A stretch of 64,000 nucleotides of DNA from Amoebidium appalachense. Lineage: Eukaryota; Protista; Ichthyosporea. The notes below the pieces were generated by a model, which saw only the letters and a list, made by a program, of their open reading frames with translations, was not told the origin of the DNA and searched no databases. A program made the translations under genes and the position numbers. Below, piece by piece: positions 1 to 11,339 of the stretch. Each line of letters starts with the position of its first letter. Position 1 is the first letter of the stretch. The stretch lies in NCBI GenBank assembly GCA_963693365.1, contig CAVNZM010000007.1:3655962-3719961 (forward strand). Reading direction: 5' to 3'.

Positions 1-71
1 AGCCAGCTCAAACAGCACGGAAGCCCACACATCTCCGCCAGCAATGACCGTGCGCCAATGGTCCGTCCATG
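1..71 (-). mobile_element. Fragment of a second copy of the Ngaro/DIRS element (RNase H region)
   Basis: Bases 1-71 are identical to 4743-4813, inside the RNase H ORF. The match stops abruptly at the truncated LTR that begins at 72. Confidence 0.9.
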
Positions 72-1221
72 GACCCGTTTTTTACTGCTTTCAGTGTGTT
101 AACTCCATGACTGAACTCCATGACTGAACTCCATGACTGAACTCCATGACTGAACTCCATGACTTAACTCCATGACTGAACTCCATGACTGAACTCCATG
201 ACTTAACTCCATGTCTGCACCTGGCAGAGACGTGGCTTATATACCCGTGGGGCAGCAGTCTGGAATGTAATCCGGATGCCAGGCGCTAATCGGATTGGTT
301 ACTTTCATTTAGAGATCTCTGGGACCAGTGAACCAATCGTTTGCAGTCAAAACACAATTGGCAACATTCCTCAACTATGCAGATGTGCATGTGGTGATCG
401 AGTGTCAGCGTGTGTCTGTGTACACGGAACCAATTGTAAAGCTAACATACACATATTGTGGAGTGAGCGTAAGTCTGCACTCCAACACCCCTACCCAATT
501 GGAGAAGTGTACACACCACTAGAGAAGAGAGAGTGAGTGTGGCTGCTTGCAGGGTAGACCGGGGTGTGCATTCCACTGTGGTGCGTGCCCCGCCAATGAA
601 GTGGAATACTTGACGTTGATGTCGCAGGCTGCTGCGGATGGAGTTTGTGGAAGCGAAAGTCTCTACTTCACGGAAATACGCTCGCGGGTGTAGGGTACAG
701 CCTAGAAGTCGGTTTCTGGCTCCTCCGTTCAAGGCGTCGTAGGGGACGTGAAGTTAGAGGCCGCGGTGTCGTGTCTGGGCCCATAACCCTGTTGGAAGTA
801 GAGTCCGCTGTGACTAGGGTCGTCGTGGCGCGCTTGGGCGCTGACCCGTTTTTTTTACTGCTTTCAGTGTGTTAACTCCATGACTGAACTCCATGACTGA
901 ACTCCATGTCTGAACTCCATGTCTGAACTCCATGTCTGAACTCCATGTCTGCACCTGGCAGAGACGTGGCTTATATACCCGTGGGGCAGCAGTCTGGAAT
1001 GTAATCCGGATGCCAGGCGCTAATCGGATTGGTTACTTTCATTTAGAGATCTCTGGGACCAGTGAACCAATCGTTTGCAGTCAAAACACAATTGGCAACA
1101 TTCCTCAACTATGCAGATGTGCATGTGGTGATCGAGTGTCAGCGTGTGTCTGTGTACACGGAACCAATTGTAAAGCTAACATACACATATTGTGGAGTGA
1201 GCGTAAGTCTGCACTCCAACA
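72..1221 (-). mobile_element. TRIM-like miniature non-autonomous LTR retrotransposon (Copia-type priming)
   Basis: The 5' LTR 790-1221 has TGTTGGA...TCCAACA termini. The 3' LTR 72-487 is the same sequence lacking ~53 bp of its outer end. On the minus strand, PBS GGTTATGGGCCCAG (~775-788) follows the 5' LTR and purine tract GGGTAGGGG (488-496) precedes the 3' LTR. The interior is only ~300 bp with no gag/pol motif. Confidence 0.85.
101..217. repeat. 13-bp tandem repeat (AACTCCATGACTG) x9 inside the TRIM LTR
   Basis: Read directly. The sister LTR carries 6 units at 874-951. Confidence 0.9.
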
Positions 1222-3360
1222 GGGGGGGGGGGGAAGGAACCGGGGCAAAAACAACGAATATATATAACGTGTATAGGCGGTGTTTGATTAACTGGGTTTT
1301 AAACCAGTGAAAGATAGAGTAGAGTGATGGTACAGGTCAAACCTTATATATAAACCCTAAGTGGGCATACCCACAAAGGCAATACATATGAAATAATGAT
1401 GGTGGTAAAGTAGGTAGTAATCATTCCACTAACTGGTACTAACTGGGTCGGGGGCAGGGGTTTCGGAAACGCGGGCAGGCAGCACGGTAGGCTGGCTAGA
1501 AACGTGGATGGGAACGGCCGGACCTGGCAGCACGTGTCTTGCTGGCCGGGGTCGGGTGGTAATGGGGGGGAAACAGCTGCAGGGGTAGCTGTTGCCCGTG
1601 CAGAGCTGGTGGTAGCTGGCATCTCGACGAGGTTGGCCACGTGATGGGGGGAAACTGCTGCCGGAATGCAGGGCAGATCAATGGAATGTGAGGGGGCCAT
1701 TGACAGTGACGGCACGGTAAGGGGAGACATGGCCGAAAACAGGGTTGGAAATCCTGGAAGGAAGCAGGTTGGACACGGTAAACGGTTCTGGAGGGACTCA
1801 GGGTCGGGACTCCTAGGGAGGAGGGAAGCACAAAGGGCTTGGACGGGGTGGAACACGGTAGACTGGAAAGAAGTACCGAATTTGGATACTTCAGATGGAC
1901 TTGATGGATGAAGGTCAAGTCGGATCGAGACGGGGTGTCAAATTATCGTCGATTGGAACGCAGACGGGGTGTGAAATTATATTCGAATGCGGGTTGACGG
2001 GGTTCGAAATCGGATGGAATGGGATTTCGATGCAGGATCCTCAGGCCTGGGTAGACAGGGCGGCGCGGTTGAGACCACGTCGGTGAAGTGTCAAGGAACT
2101 TGGAGCGCGATTGCAGAACCAAGGGTGGAGGACGGTTTGGCGTGACGGAGAGAAACCAGGACGGAGCTGGAAGGAGTGCAAGCTGGAATTTGAACTTGCG
2201 AGGATGTCACGGGTGTCAAGGCGTGGCAAAAGCTCTTGTCAAGATGAGTCAGATCTTGTCAAGAGGAGTCACGTGGGACCGGTTACGGACGGACGCCGGG
2301 GATGGATGTACACAGCCTCAGCACCAAGATGCATGAGGAGCTGACCACAGCTATGATGTGTACCAGGAATTTAACGATCGCTAGGTCTAGGTGTGTGTAG
2401 GGAGCGTGCATCTGGGCCCATAACCTGTTAAATTCTATAAGTATTTAGGATGTAAGCAGAGACACAGTGGTGCAGTGTGAAAACACCACAGACACACACA
2501 ACAACAAAACACGGAACGATCGGAGCAGTGTACACAACAGACATCAATGTTTAGACACGACTGAACTCAATTTATTTTGATCGCTAATAAATACCTGAAA
2601 TTCCCTTAAGTTAAATCCATACATGATTTCCGACCAGTCGGAAATCAGATCTATGTCTAAAATAACCAATCATAATTAACTGATTATTTCCCGGATAGAT
2701 CCGGAGACGCGGGAACACACACCATAGGTCACAGCTATAAGAAAGAAAAGAGGTGAAGAGTAACGAGGAAAGAGGTGGTGTTTCTAACCTATCATCGGCT
2801 ACAAAGACTCAGACATTTTCTGACTAAGTCCACTGATTGGATATAGTACGGCAACACACAAAACAAAAGTGGTTGACTAAGCTATGAATCATACCTGACA
2901 AGCTAAAGTGTAACCTAAGTGTTTTTCTACCAATCAAAACATAACGAGTAATATAAATCTACTCAACGTATATTAGTGAGAGAGAAATATAATTAAATGA
3001 AAGGAAACAAGAGAAGAAAGAAAGAGAAAAGAAAAGACGAAGAAAGAGGAAAAAGAAAAGAAAGCAGGACAGAAAACACGAACAGCAAAACACAGTTATA
3101 ACCGAAGATATTCATGTACACATAACATGTACACGTGTCTCCCTCACTGGGTAGACTCGTGTACCTATAATCAGTTGCTGTAATCGATATCTAAACACAC
3201 GAATATAGCCGACACAACACGATTACAAGTACTCAAATACACTGGAGATCGATGTCATAATTTACGTACAAGGAGCACATCTTTTTCATTAAGTAAATGA
3301 ATGAAAACATAACACGAACTGAGAAGATCTTACAATATGTAAATACTACGTATTATAACA
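1222..3360 (-). mobile_element. Partial Copia-type LTR element: 935-bp 5' LTR (2426-3360) plus degenerate interior
   Basis: LTR termini are TGTTA...TAACA. PBS GGTTATGGGCCCAG lies at 2412-2425 (minus). The LTR cuts the tyrosine recombinase ORF exactly at 3360/3361. The interior has only Pro-rich remnants, and no second LTR is present in the window. Confidence 0.75.
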
Positions 3361-3698
3361 CTGGTGGTGCCATGCCCAAGCTGCGGTGCAGGCTGTTGAC
3401 GGCGGAGACGATGCTGGGCATGGTCCGGGCTTGCACCGCACGCATGGCGCACCAGGCAAGGAACAGCTGCACTTGGGCTGGGCAGGCTGGCAGGTAGCCA
3501 CCATCAGGATTGCGGCAGTCCATTGCGTAGATGAAGTCGATAAACTGGCGCTGGTAGGACGAGTAGGAGGACTCCGTGCTGTCGCCCACTGACAGCCGAG
3601 TGATGGTGCGGGCCACCTCCGGGACACGGGCCAAAACCTCGGGGGTGAACCACTGGGCAAGCCTACCATGGTCGCCACCAAAGGGGAGCAAGCCACCT
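3361..3698 (-). pseudogene. Tyrosine recombinase N-terminal (core-binding) domain, truncated by LTR insertion
   Basis: SVGDSTESSYSSYQRQFIDF...LPACPAQVQLFLAW...TMPSIVSAVNSLHRSLG matches the pattern typical of DIRS/Ngaro YR N-termini. The catalytic domain is absent. Confidence 0.8.
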
Positions 3699-3814
3699 GC
3701 AGGGACAGAGCTGGGTGAGCATCATGCCTAGAGTCCCAGGGGGGGGGGGGGGGGGGGGTAAAGGCAACGAGCGGGGTGGGCGGCAGGCAAGCGGGTGCAC
3801 AGGCAGGCAAACAA

Positions 3815-3856
<42 letters not shown>

Positions 3857-4074
3857 AGCTAAAGGGCAGAGGATGCATGCAGCGCTGGCAGGGAGGTCGG
3901 GGGAAGGGGAGGGGGGTATGCGCGCACAAGCCGCGGTGTAGGCGTGCGTGTGTGTGCGCTAGTGTGTGGGTGTGTATGAGCATGTGTGTGTAACACCGAG
4001 GTTAAGCATGCACGATCGAAGGGGCGGGTGGAGGGGTGGCAGGGTGGGGTTGGGGGGGGGTTGGGGGAGGGGAA

Positions 4075-4117
<43 letters not shown>

Positions 4118-4409
4118 GACACGCCACAAGCAGTTGGCACTGCGGGCCAGCACAGAACAAAGAGGCACACCGTGTGTACACCGTAAGACCGTAATGTATT
4201 GTCCCAAACACTCCACCGGGTGAGTGAGGGAATCCGAGCGAATTCGTGTAGTGGGGGGGGGGCCGGCCCCGGCCGCCACTGCAGACCATGACTCGTGCGA
4301 TATACAAAGTGGGAAGGGGGGAAGGGGGGGTGTCGGTGCCCCCCACAGCCCACACGCCAAGCCCAATACGAAGGCAAAGGAACAGGGGAGGGGGCTCGGC
4401 CCAGCCCCA

Positions 4410-5959
4410 TCACGAGAGAGGGGCAGCAAACCACCCCGCTAGCCACACAGGCACGGGTGTTGGGACTGGTGCGTGCCACGGGTGCAGCCGGTCGAAAGTG
4501 GCCCACTGTGCTCGCGAGATGGCATCCGCAATCGAGTTTTCCACGCCAGGGATGTGCTTGGCCGAGACCAGCACCGTGTAGCGCATTTCCATCAGCGTGA
4601 TGAGACGCAGCACCCGGGCAATGGCAGGGACGGGGGAGTGACGGGACGCGATCGTAGATACTGCACCGTCGTTATCGGTGAGCACGCGTATGTGGCTGTT
4701 GCGACAGCTGGGACCCCAACAGGCCAGGGCCACGGCAATGCCAGCCAGCTCAAACAGCACGGAAGCCCACACATCTCCGCCAGCAATGACCGTGCGCCAA
4801 TGGTCCGTCCATGCTAGGTGAAACCACGCTTGACCCCAGTAGCCACCGCATCCTATGCTGCCGGCCGCATCTGTGGTGAACATGTGATGCACGGGGGGGG
4901 TAAGCACACGTATGCCGTTCCACTCGGGGAGGAACTCCGACCACAGCACAACGTCGGCTCGTGCGTCGGCGCAGACACGGATGTGGTGGTGGGGCCCTAG
5001 GCCGGCCCTCTCAGCCTCCGCCAGCAGATGAAGCAAGCGTTGAAGAAAGGCACGGGCACGCCCCAGCGCCACAACCTGAGCACACCACATGAGCTTGCCG
5101 CACAGGGACCGTAGGTCTCGAACAGTGGCCTTGGTGCGACCCCGCCAATCGGCTAGCAGGGCCCGGAGCTCGGTCAGCTTGACGGCAGGTAAGCGGGCCT
5201 CCATGCGCAGAGTGTCCCACTCGAGCCCAGAGTAGATGAGCGTGTGTGAGGGCAGCTGCACTTTGTCGTCGGCAAGCGTAACACCCACCTTCGAGCACAC
5301 CCACCGAAACACCAGCATGTTGAAGGCGCACTCTTGCAGCGTACGGCCGCCGAAAAAAGAAGTCGTCCACAAAATGCTGTGTCTCTGTGGCGTTGAGGGC
5401 GTGGGCGAAGTGCTGCAGGGCCTGAGCTATGCGTTCCCAGAACGCTGGGCTGGACCGCAAGCCAAACGGTAGGCGGGTCTCCACATAGAACGCGCCTAGC
5501 AGCTGGAACGACAGCAGTGGCTGGTCGTCTGGGTGCACCGGGCCGTGACGAAAGCCACCCTTCACGTCGTATGCCCCGAGGAAGCAGCCCTGGCTGAGCC
5601 GAGCTACTGTTTGCATCACCGTGCGGATGGTGATGTACTCCAGCTGATCCGGGTAATCGACCCCATCGTTGATACTGGAGCCACGCGGGAAGGAAAGGTC
5701 GTGGATGCGGCGGACGCCCGTGCCGCCCTTTTTGGGAACTGCCCCGAGGGGCGAGGATACAAAATAAGGATAAAGGGCCACCATCTCGTCGCGGGTGAAG
5801 GGGCCCAGGATGTGGCCGCATGCCACTTCCTTCGCAATGTCGGCTGCAAGCTGCTCACGGGCCGCCAGCGCGGACGGGTGGTTTCGGCCCACCCGGGTGA
5901 CCCGCTCGCCGAAGTAACCGACTGAGAAGCCCAGCTCTAATTCGCGGAGCAGAGCCTGC
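4410..5959 (-). pseudogene. Reverse transcriptase + RNase H of the YR retrotransposon (one frameshift near 5355)
   Basis: RT motifs SPLGAVPKK, RRIHDLS, DVKGGFRH, LPFGLRSSP and FVDDFF. RNase H motifs TTDAA, ELAGI, TDNDG and HIPGVENSIADAISR. The frame switches in an A6 run. Confidence 0.92.
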
Positions 5960-8900
5960 TGTAAACAGTTGGACTAGTTGGGATAAGGCAGAGAACAACT
6001 GAATCAGAATAAAGACAGAGAACGGGTAGAAAGGCACACGCGGCCAAGTTGCTTTTACTATGGGCCGACTCAGTCTGTCTCAGACTTCACTGATGTGATC
6101 CCCGTACTGGGACGGCTTTCTTATATAGCCCCCAGGTTTCGGATCAAGGCCCAGGATTGGTTCATCCGCGGCCAGCGCGGGTGGCAACATGCCATTCGTG
6201 ATTCTGGTGCGGTCCGAGCCAGTCAGACCTTTGTCCTATTTATGCAAACCTCTTATTGGTTCACTTCGTTTATGTGGTATGCAGCTGAAGAACCATATAT
6301 GGTTCAATTCTTAGGTCAGAGTGAGTCCTATTGGTGCGGACATAATATTTATGTGATATTCATGACAAAGCACGAATCGTGTGCTAGTAGATCACATTCT
6401 TTAGTAAACATGTACAGTTCATGTGTACAGTTGTTTACACTCCCCCCCTTGTCGGGAGCCTGGTGGTGTCGTTAGACAAGCAAACCACCAGGCTGAGAGG
6501 CGATAAACAACCTTCAGCGAGAATTCTTGTGTGTGCCGAGCTGCTGGACAGAACAGAGCAAGGACGGTGGAATAGAGTTGTGCACGTCTATGAGCACTTC
6601 TTCATTTGCCAAAACGTAAATTCATGCAGCATTCTTCTGTGATTTCATTTTCGTGGCGAAGATTGTTGCAGAGTGTGCGTGCGAATAATTCGCTAAGCCT
6701 TCGTCTCTGTGCTTGGCTTTTCTGTAGAAGTAGTATTTTCCTTTTTGGGAATTTTTCCTTTTTAGGATACTCCCGCAGATTCGTTTTCAATTGCGAGTAA
6801 TTTGGTTGTGTGGATGAATGATCATACCAAACATTCGATAATGAATATAACTCGAGCCTTAGGTCACTTCGTAGCTCAGGTAGTGGTGGATAGCTTCAAG
6901 GCTTAGCCGCTGCTCCTTATCCCGGTTCTACCTTAAGACTGTAAGGCGAGTCACCATGGCCGGAAAAGCCACTTCTTTCATGAACAAAGAGCACTTCTTT
7001 CCTTTCAGCTTTAACCCTGCATCATCGGAGCTGGGAAAAACAGAATAAAAATGCCCAAGTGTTCTTCGTTGGGCGACATAAAGAAATATATCAGCCCGTC
7101 AGAATTCGAACCAGTAAAAACCCGGTTCATAATTCATAAGAAGAGGGTAGGCAAAGCAAACCTTCTTCAGAAAACACATGCTTTCATTCGTGAGCAGTTT
7201 TCGTATCCCATTTGCCAGCCATTTTTCGTTGAGCAGGGGGATAATCATTCCAGGCATAATACATTCTTCTGGAGGCTTGGCCTAAAAAGAAAAGTCGTCA
7301 GAGTCGCCCTTTCTTTTGTAAGCAACTTCGTGAGCGCGCTTCGTGTTTTCATATCCTCCAGTGCAGGTCTGGATGGTGCCCCATCCTCTGCTTCATTTGT
7401 AGGTGGCCCTACTGTAGGTTCTGTTCGTTGTGTGGAATACCAAAACCATTCGTATTCGTGGAACTGCTTTGTGCTGTGCTTGCTTTCGTGTTGGTGTTCA
7501 TGTAGTTACCCCATTCACACACCTACTACTTTCATACATCAGACGTAAGTAGCTGCCTGGGGGGTGTGTGGTTCGTGTTCGTGGCATTCTTCTGTTCCTT
7601 CGTGAGAAGAATATTCGTTTTAGCAGAGGTGCCCAATAAGGCAGCTTGTGGGGTTGTCTCCCGCATGTGCCCATTGGTGGGGTATGCACGTGCTAAATTG
7701 TTACAGTGTCATCATATTGCAAGGGAATAACATGGTCACCTCCGTACCAGGGCCTAGGTACACATGATGGTCCGATGTGTTAGTCAACAACACCTTGCAT
7801 TCGTATTCGTATTCGTCTTCCACGTCACTTTCTTCAGTAGTGAAGGAGGGTATTCGTAATTCGAAACTGAAAGGCTTCCAGCCAAAATACTGACACTGTA
7901 TGCTGGGGTTGTGAGGGAACGGTGCCCATACCACATTCTTTTGTTCTGGTGGGGGTGTGCCGGCAGCTAGTGCAAGGCTTGACAGTGTAATTGGTATGTT
8001 ACACAGTATTGCCACAGACGGGCATTCACCTTAAAATTCGTACCCAACACCTTCTTTGTTTTTCACATGCATGAACAAAAGTTCTGCATCGACTTTATTA
8101 CATGCCTTTTGTGCACCAAGAGTGCAAATTCGTTAGGGCGTGGCACCAGGAAGGGCCGCCATACATGAGGCATATGTTCGTAATGTGTTTAGGCATGCCA
8201 GCATACATTCATGCGCATGTTGTGCATCCTGTGCGCTAAACTATGGGGCATGCTGTATTCGAAAACAGCAAGAAATTCGAAGCATGCATGCAAAACTACT
8301 TTCACAGCACCTTATGTCCTCAATGCTATAGGAACAGCGACTATCTTCTTCTTTAAATGCATTCGTGCTGAAAGTGGCCGTGCATCTGGCTTGCGAGTGT
8401 GGAGGTGCATGCGGTGGCATGGACACGATGACAGTGTGCAATAGCGCAATGCACGCAAGGGCAACGGTTTTCTTTTCTTCGTAACATAGAGGGGGCTGTG
8501 TGCATTGCAACCCAAGCAGTGTTGTGCATTCGTTCTTTCATTTTCGTATTTCCATTTCATTTTGCTTTCGTTTTTCGTTTTTTGTCGTTTGATAACTTCG
8601 TTACTTTGTTTTGTTTTGTGTTGCATTCATTTCGTATTTCCTCTATGCATTCGTTTGTCGTTCATTCTTTATTTCATTGTGTATTCGTGATGGTTCGTTT
8701 TTCGTTGGTTCATTGCTTCGTTAGCAATTCTTTATTCGATTGTTCGTGTATTCGTTGTTTCGTTGTGTATTCGTTTTTCTTCACATTTTTGATGTGTCGT
8801 AGCAAAAGAAGTTTTACATGCTTTCAATTCTTTCCGTGTAGGTGGGCTGGCCACTTCAAACTTGTCGGTGTATATATTCTAAGCCGGACAAGGAAAGATG

Positions 8901-9588
8901 TGCCTATCATCGGGGTAATAAGGATTGTGATCGGCCATGGGAGATTCTTGAGCTGATTGAAAGATGTGAGATTCTTGAACTGATTGAAAGATGTGAGATT
9001 CGAAGGATGCGAGATTCTTGAACTGCGCGGTCGCCAATGTAAACAGTTGCCGCGGTCGCCAATGTAAACAGTTGGCAATGTAAAACAGTGTCCTGCCGCG
9101 GTCGCCAATGTAAACAGTTGGACTAGTTGGGATAAGGCAGAGAACAACTGAATCAGAATAAAGACAGAGAACGGGTAGAAAGGCACACGCGGCCAAGTTG
9201 CTTTTACTATGGGCCGACTCAGTCTGTCTCAGACTTCACTGATGTGATCCCCGTACTGGGACGGCTTTCTTATATAGCCCCCAGGTTTCGGATCAAGGCC
9301 CAGGATTGGTTCATCCGCGGCCAGCGCGGGTGGCAACATGCCATTCGTGATTCTGGTGCGGTCCGAGCCAGTCAGACCTTTGTCCTATTTATGCAAACCT
9401 CTTATTGGTTCACTTCGTTTATGTGGTATGCAGCTGAAGAACCATATATGGTTCAATTCTTAGGTCAGAGTGAGTCCTATTGGTGCGGACATAATATTTA
9501 TGTGATATTCATGACAAAGCACGAATCGTGTGCTAGTAGATCACATTCTTTAGTAAACATGTACAGTTCATGTGTACAGTTGTTTACA
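5960..9588 (-). mobile_element. Non-autonomous Ty3/Gypsy LTR retrotransposon inserted into the Ngaro RT ORF
   Basis: 480-bp LTRs at 5960-6439 and 9109-9588 (TGTAAACA...TGTTTACA) look identical. 5-bp TSD CCTGC at 5955-5959 and 9589-9593. PPT AAGGGGGGGAG at 6440-6450. PBS TGGCGACCGCGGCAGGAC is complementary to a tRNA-Arg 3' end. Confidence 0.93.
6950..7110 (-). pseudogene. Degenerate Gypsy RT C-terminal remnant
   Basis: The minus strand reads ...NEEHLG... then DAGLKLKGKKCSLFMKEVAF(fs)GH. This is the LxLxxxKCxFxxxEVxFLGH motif of Ty3/Gypsy RT, with frameshifts. Confidence 0.7.
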
Positions 9589-9874
9589 CCTGCTGAAACG
9601 CACTGTCGGGGTGCGGAAACAACTCAAACAAACGGCGGAAGTTGGGGACAGATACGGTCTGTGGTGGTGCCGCTGGGGGGGGTGACCATGGGCCCCGCAG
9701 GGCAACGGAGAGGGCAGGCCCAGCGCTGACGTCAGCCCCTGCCCGAAAGGGGGCTGGGCCCCCTAAGCCGGGTTGGCCCCCCCTTCCCCCGCCCCGTTGG
9801 CTGGGTTGGGAGGGCAGGCGTGTGCGCCGTGCGCCGCTGAGCCGCACTTCAGGCAGGCGTGCTTGTAGCGGCAA
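9589..9874 (-). pseudogene. N-terminal part of Ngaro ORF2 (RT), overlapping the end of gag
   Basis: Removing the Gypsy insert and one TSD joins ...FELFPHPDSAFQQ in frame to ALLRELELGFSVGYFGERVTRVGRNHPSA of the RT ORF. Confidence 0.85.
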
Positions 9875-10822
9875 GGGTTGGGTCCCTTACTGGTGCAGCC
9901 CTTGGCCGTGTTGAAGCCCCGGCATATCTCATCCGCAGCAGGGGCCGGGCTGGCGCGAGGGCTGGCTGTGGCCCCCCCAGAGGCAGGCTGCCGGGGTGTG
10001 CGGGGAGCGGTGGGTGCCTGGTGCAGGCGGGCACCAGACAGGGACACGGCCAGCTGCACAGCGTCGGGTGCGTCGAGTGGGCGGCCAGAGGCAGCGCACG
10101 ACCGGCGGTGTGCATCCTCCCAGCGCATGATGGCAGCCCACTGGTACTCGGGTGCCAACTCAGTGGCCACAAACTCGGCGTGGGCCAGCAGGGCCGTGAC
10201 GGGGGCGTCGGCGTTGATGCGTAGGCGTAGCAGCTGCAAGATGCAGCGCAGGTAGGTCTGCAGGTCCGGGCACAGGGCGGACTGGCGCTGGGTGCCAGGC
10301 GTCTGCAGCACAACCGTGCCAGCAGGCAGGCCAGGCAGGGAAACCGGCTGGCGCTGCGTGTGGACAGAAGAGCCCGTGGGCGGCAGCAGGTCGAGTAAAG
10401 CGAAATGCTGCATAGGCTCGAAGATGGCAGCCCCCCGGACCTCCGGGGACAGGTGGGGGCAGGGTGGGTTCGACTGGCTGCGCTGGCTGGCCCCCCAAAC
10501 GGCCAGTTGCAGGGCATTGGGCGGCGGAGGCAGCTGGTGCATGTCGCCGCCCTGAGGGTCCTCCTCACGGGGGCGCTTGTTGGCGTTGCCGGGGGGTTGC
10601 TCTACAGCATCCACGGCCCCTGCCGCAGCGGCAGGGGCCCCGTGACAGGGGGGTTCCTACCGGTTCCGCCCCCGCCAAGGTTGACGAGGTGGGGGAAGGC
10701 GCGCAGGAGAAGATCTTGCTGGGAAGGGGGGGCCGGGCTGGCCTGCAGGGCCTGACGGGTCGCGTTGGCCACCTCAGAAGCAAACATGCGAATGGTCGCT
10801 GCCAGCTCAGGGGTCAGGGCAA

Positions 10823-10870
<48 letters not shown>

Positions 10871-10943
10871 CGTCCTGCACAGGAGGGCGCGCCTCCTGCC
10901 CTGCCTGTGCTGCAGGGCCATTGTCTGTTGGGTCTACTTCCAT
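9763..10943 (-). CDS. Gag-like ORF1 of the YR retrotransposon (frameshift near 10650; poly-Q tract)
   Basis: The C-terminal Cys/His cluster CRGFN..C..C.YKHACLKCGSAAHGAHAC and the YQWAAIMRWEDAHR motif are typical of DIRS/Ngaro ORF1. The upstream ORF MEVDPTD...QQQQ overlaps in another frame across a G6 run. Confidence 0.8.
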
Positions 10944-11339
10944 ACTTGAGCCGCCGTGTGCTAGCCACCGAAAACGCAATCGTGCTAACAAAAACCGTAC
11001 GTGCAGCACACGGCGAAAACGAAGGTGGCCTGCATCTGCAGTGTGCTGCGCCGGAAATACCGGCGCTGGTGGCGCCTGACGTCAGGCGCTGCGCCAGACC
11101 GATGTCAGCCGCCGCTGCGGCTGCGCCTGGCGCCGCGGCCCGTGACGTCATGGGCCGCCCGGCTGCCTGCGCCCGAAGTGATCCGTGAAACATCTTTCAT
11201 CTGCTGCGCATATGAAACGTACACGATACATGGTTCACGAGATCTGATTGGCCCTATTCGCACCCATTGATCATCCTCCGGTATTCCATGACTGGTGCAG
11301 CGGTAGTCAGTATTACAGCGAACGGCAAAAACGATTCAC

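Larger units (their letters stand above)
3361..11190 (-). mobile_element. Ngaro/DIRS-group tyrosine-recombinase retrotransposon, disrupted by nested insertions
   Basis: Domain order is gag, RT/RNase H, YR on the minus strand. No methyltransferase domain is visible after RNase H, which favours Ngaro. The 5' boundary is approximate. Confidence 0.85.

Noticed and set aside
72-1221. Retrozyme or hammerhead ribozyme in the small LTR element
   Set aside because: No CUGANGA...GAAA core with flanking stems was found by eye. The PBS, PPT and TG...CA ends fit an ordinary TRIM.
5350-5362. Programmed frameshift in the Ngaro RT (and in gag near 10650)
   Set aside because: Both fall in short homopolymers, and the RT shift lies immediately after the catalytic DD. 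An indel or assembly error is the simpler explanation.
6095-6475. Duplicated ORFs at 6095/9244, 276/932 and 13709/19401 as genes
   Set aside because: They lie within LTRs and are duplicated only because the LTRs are.
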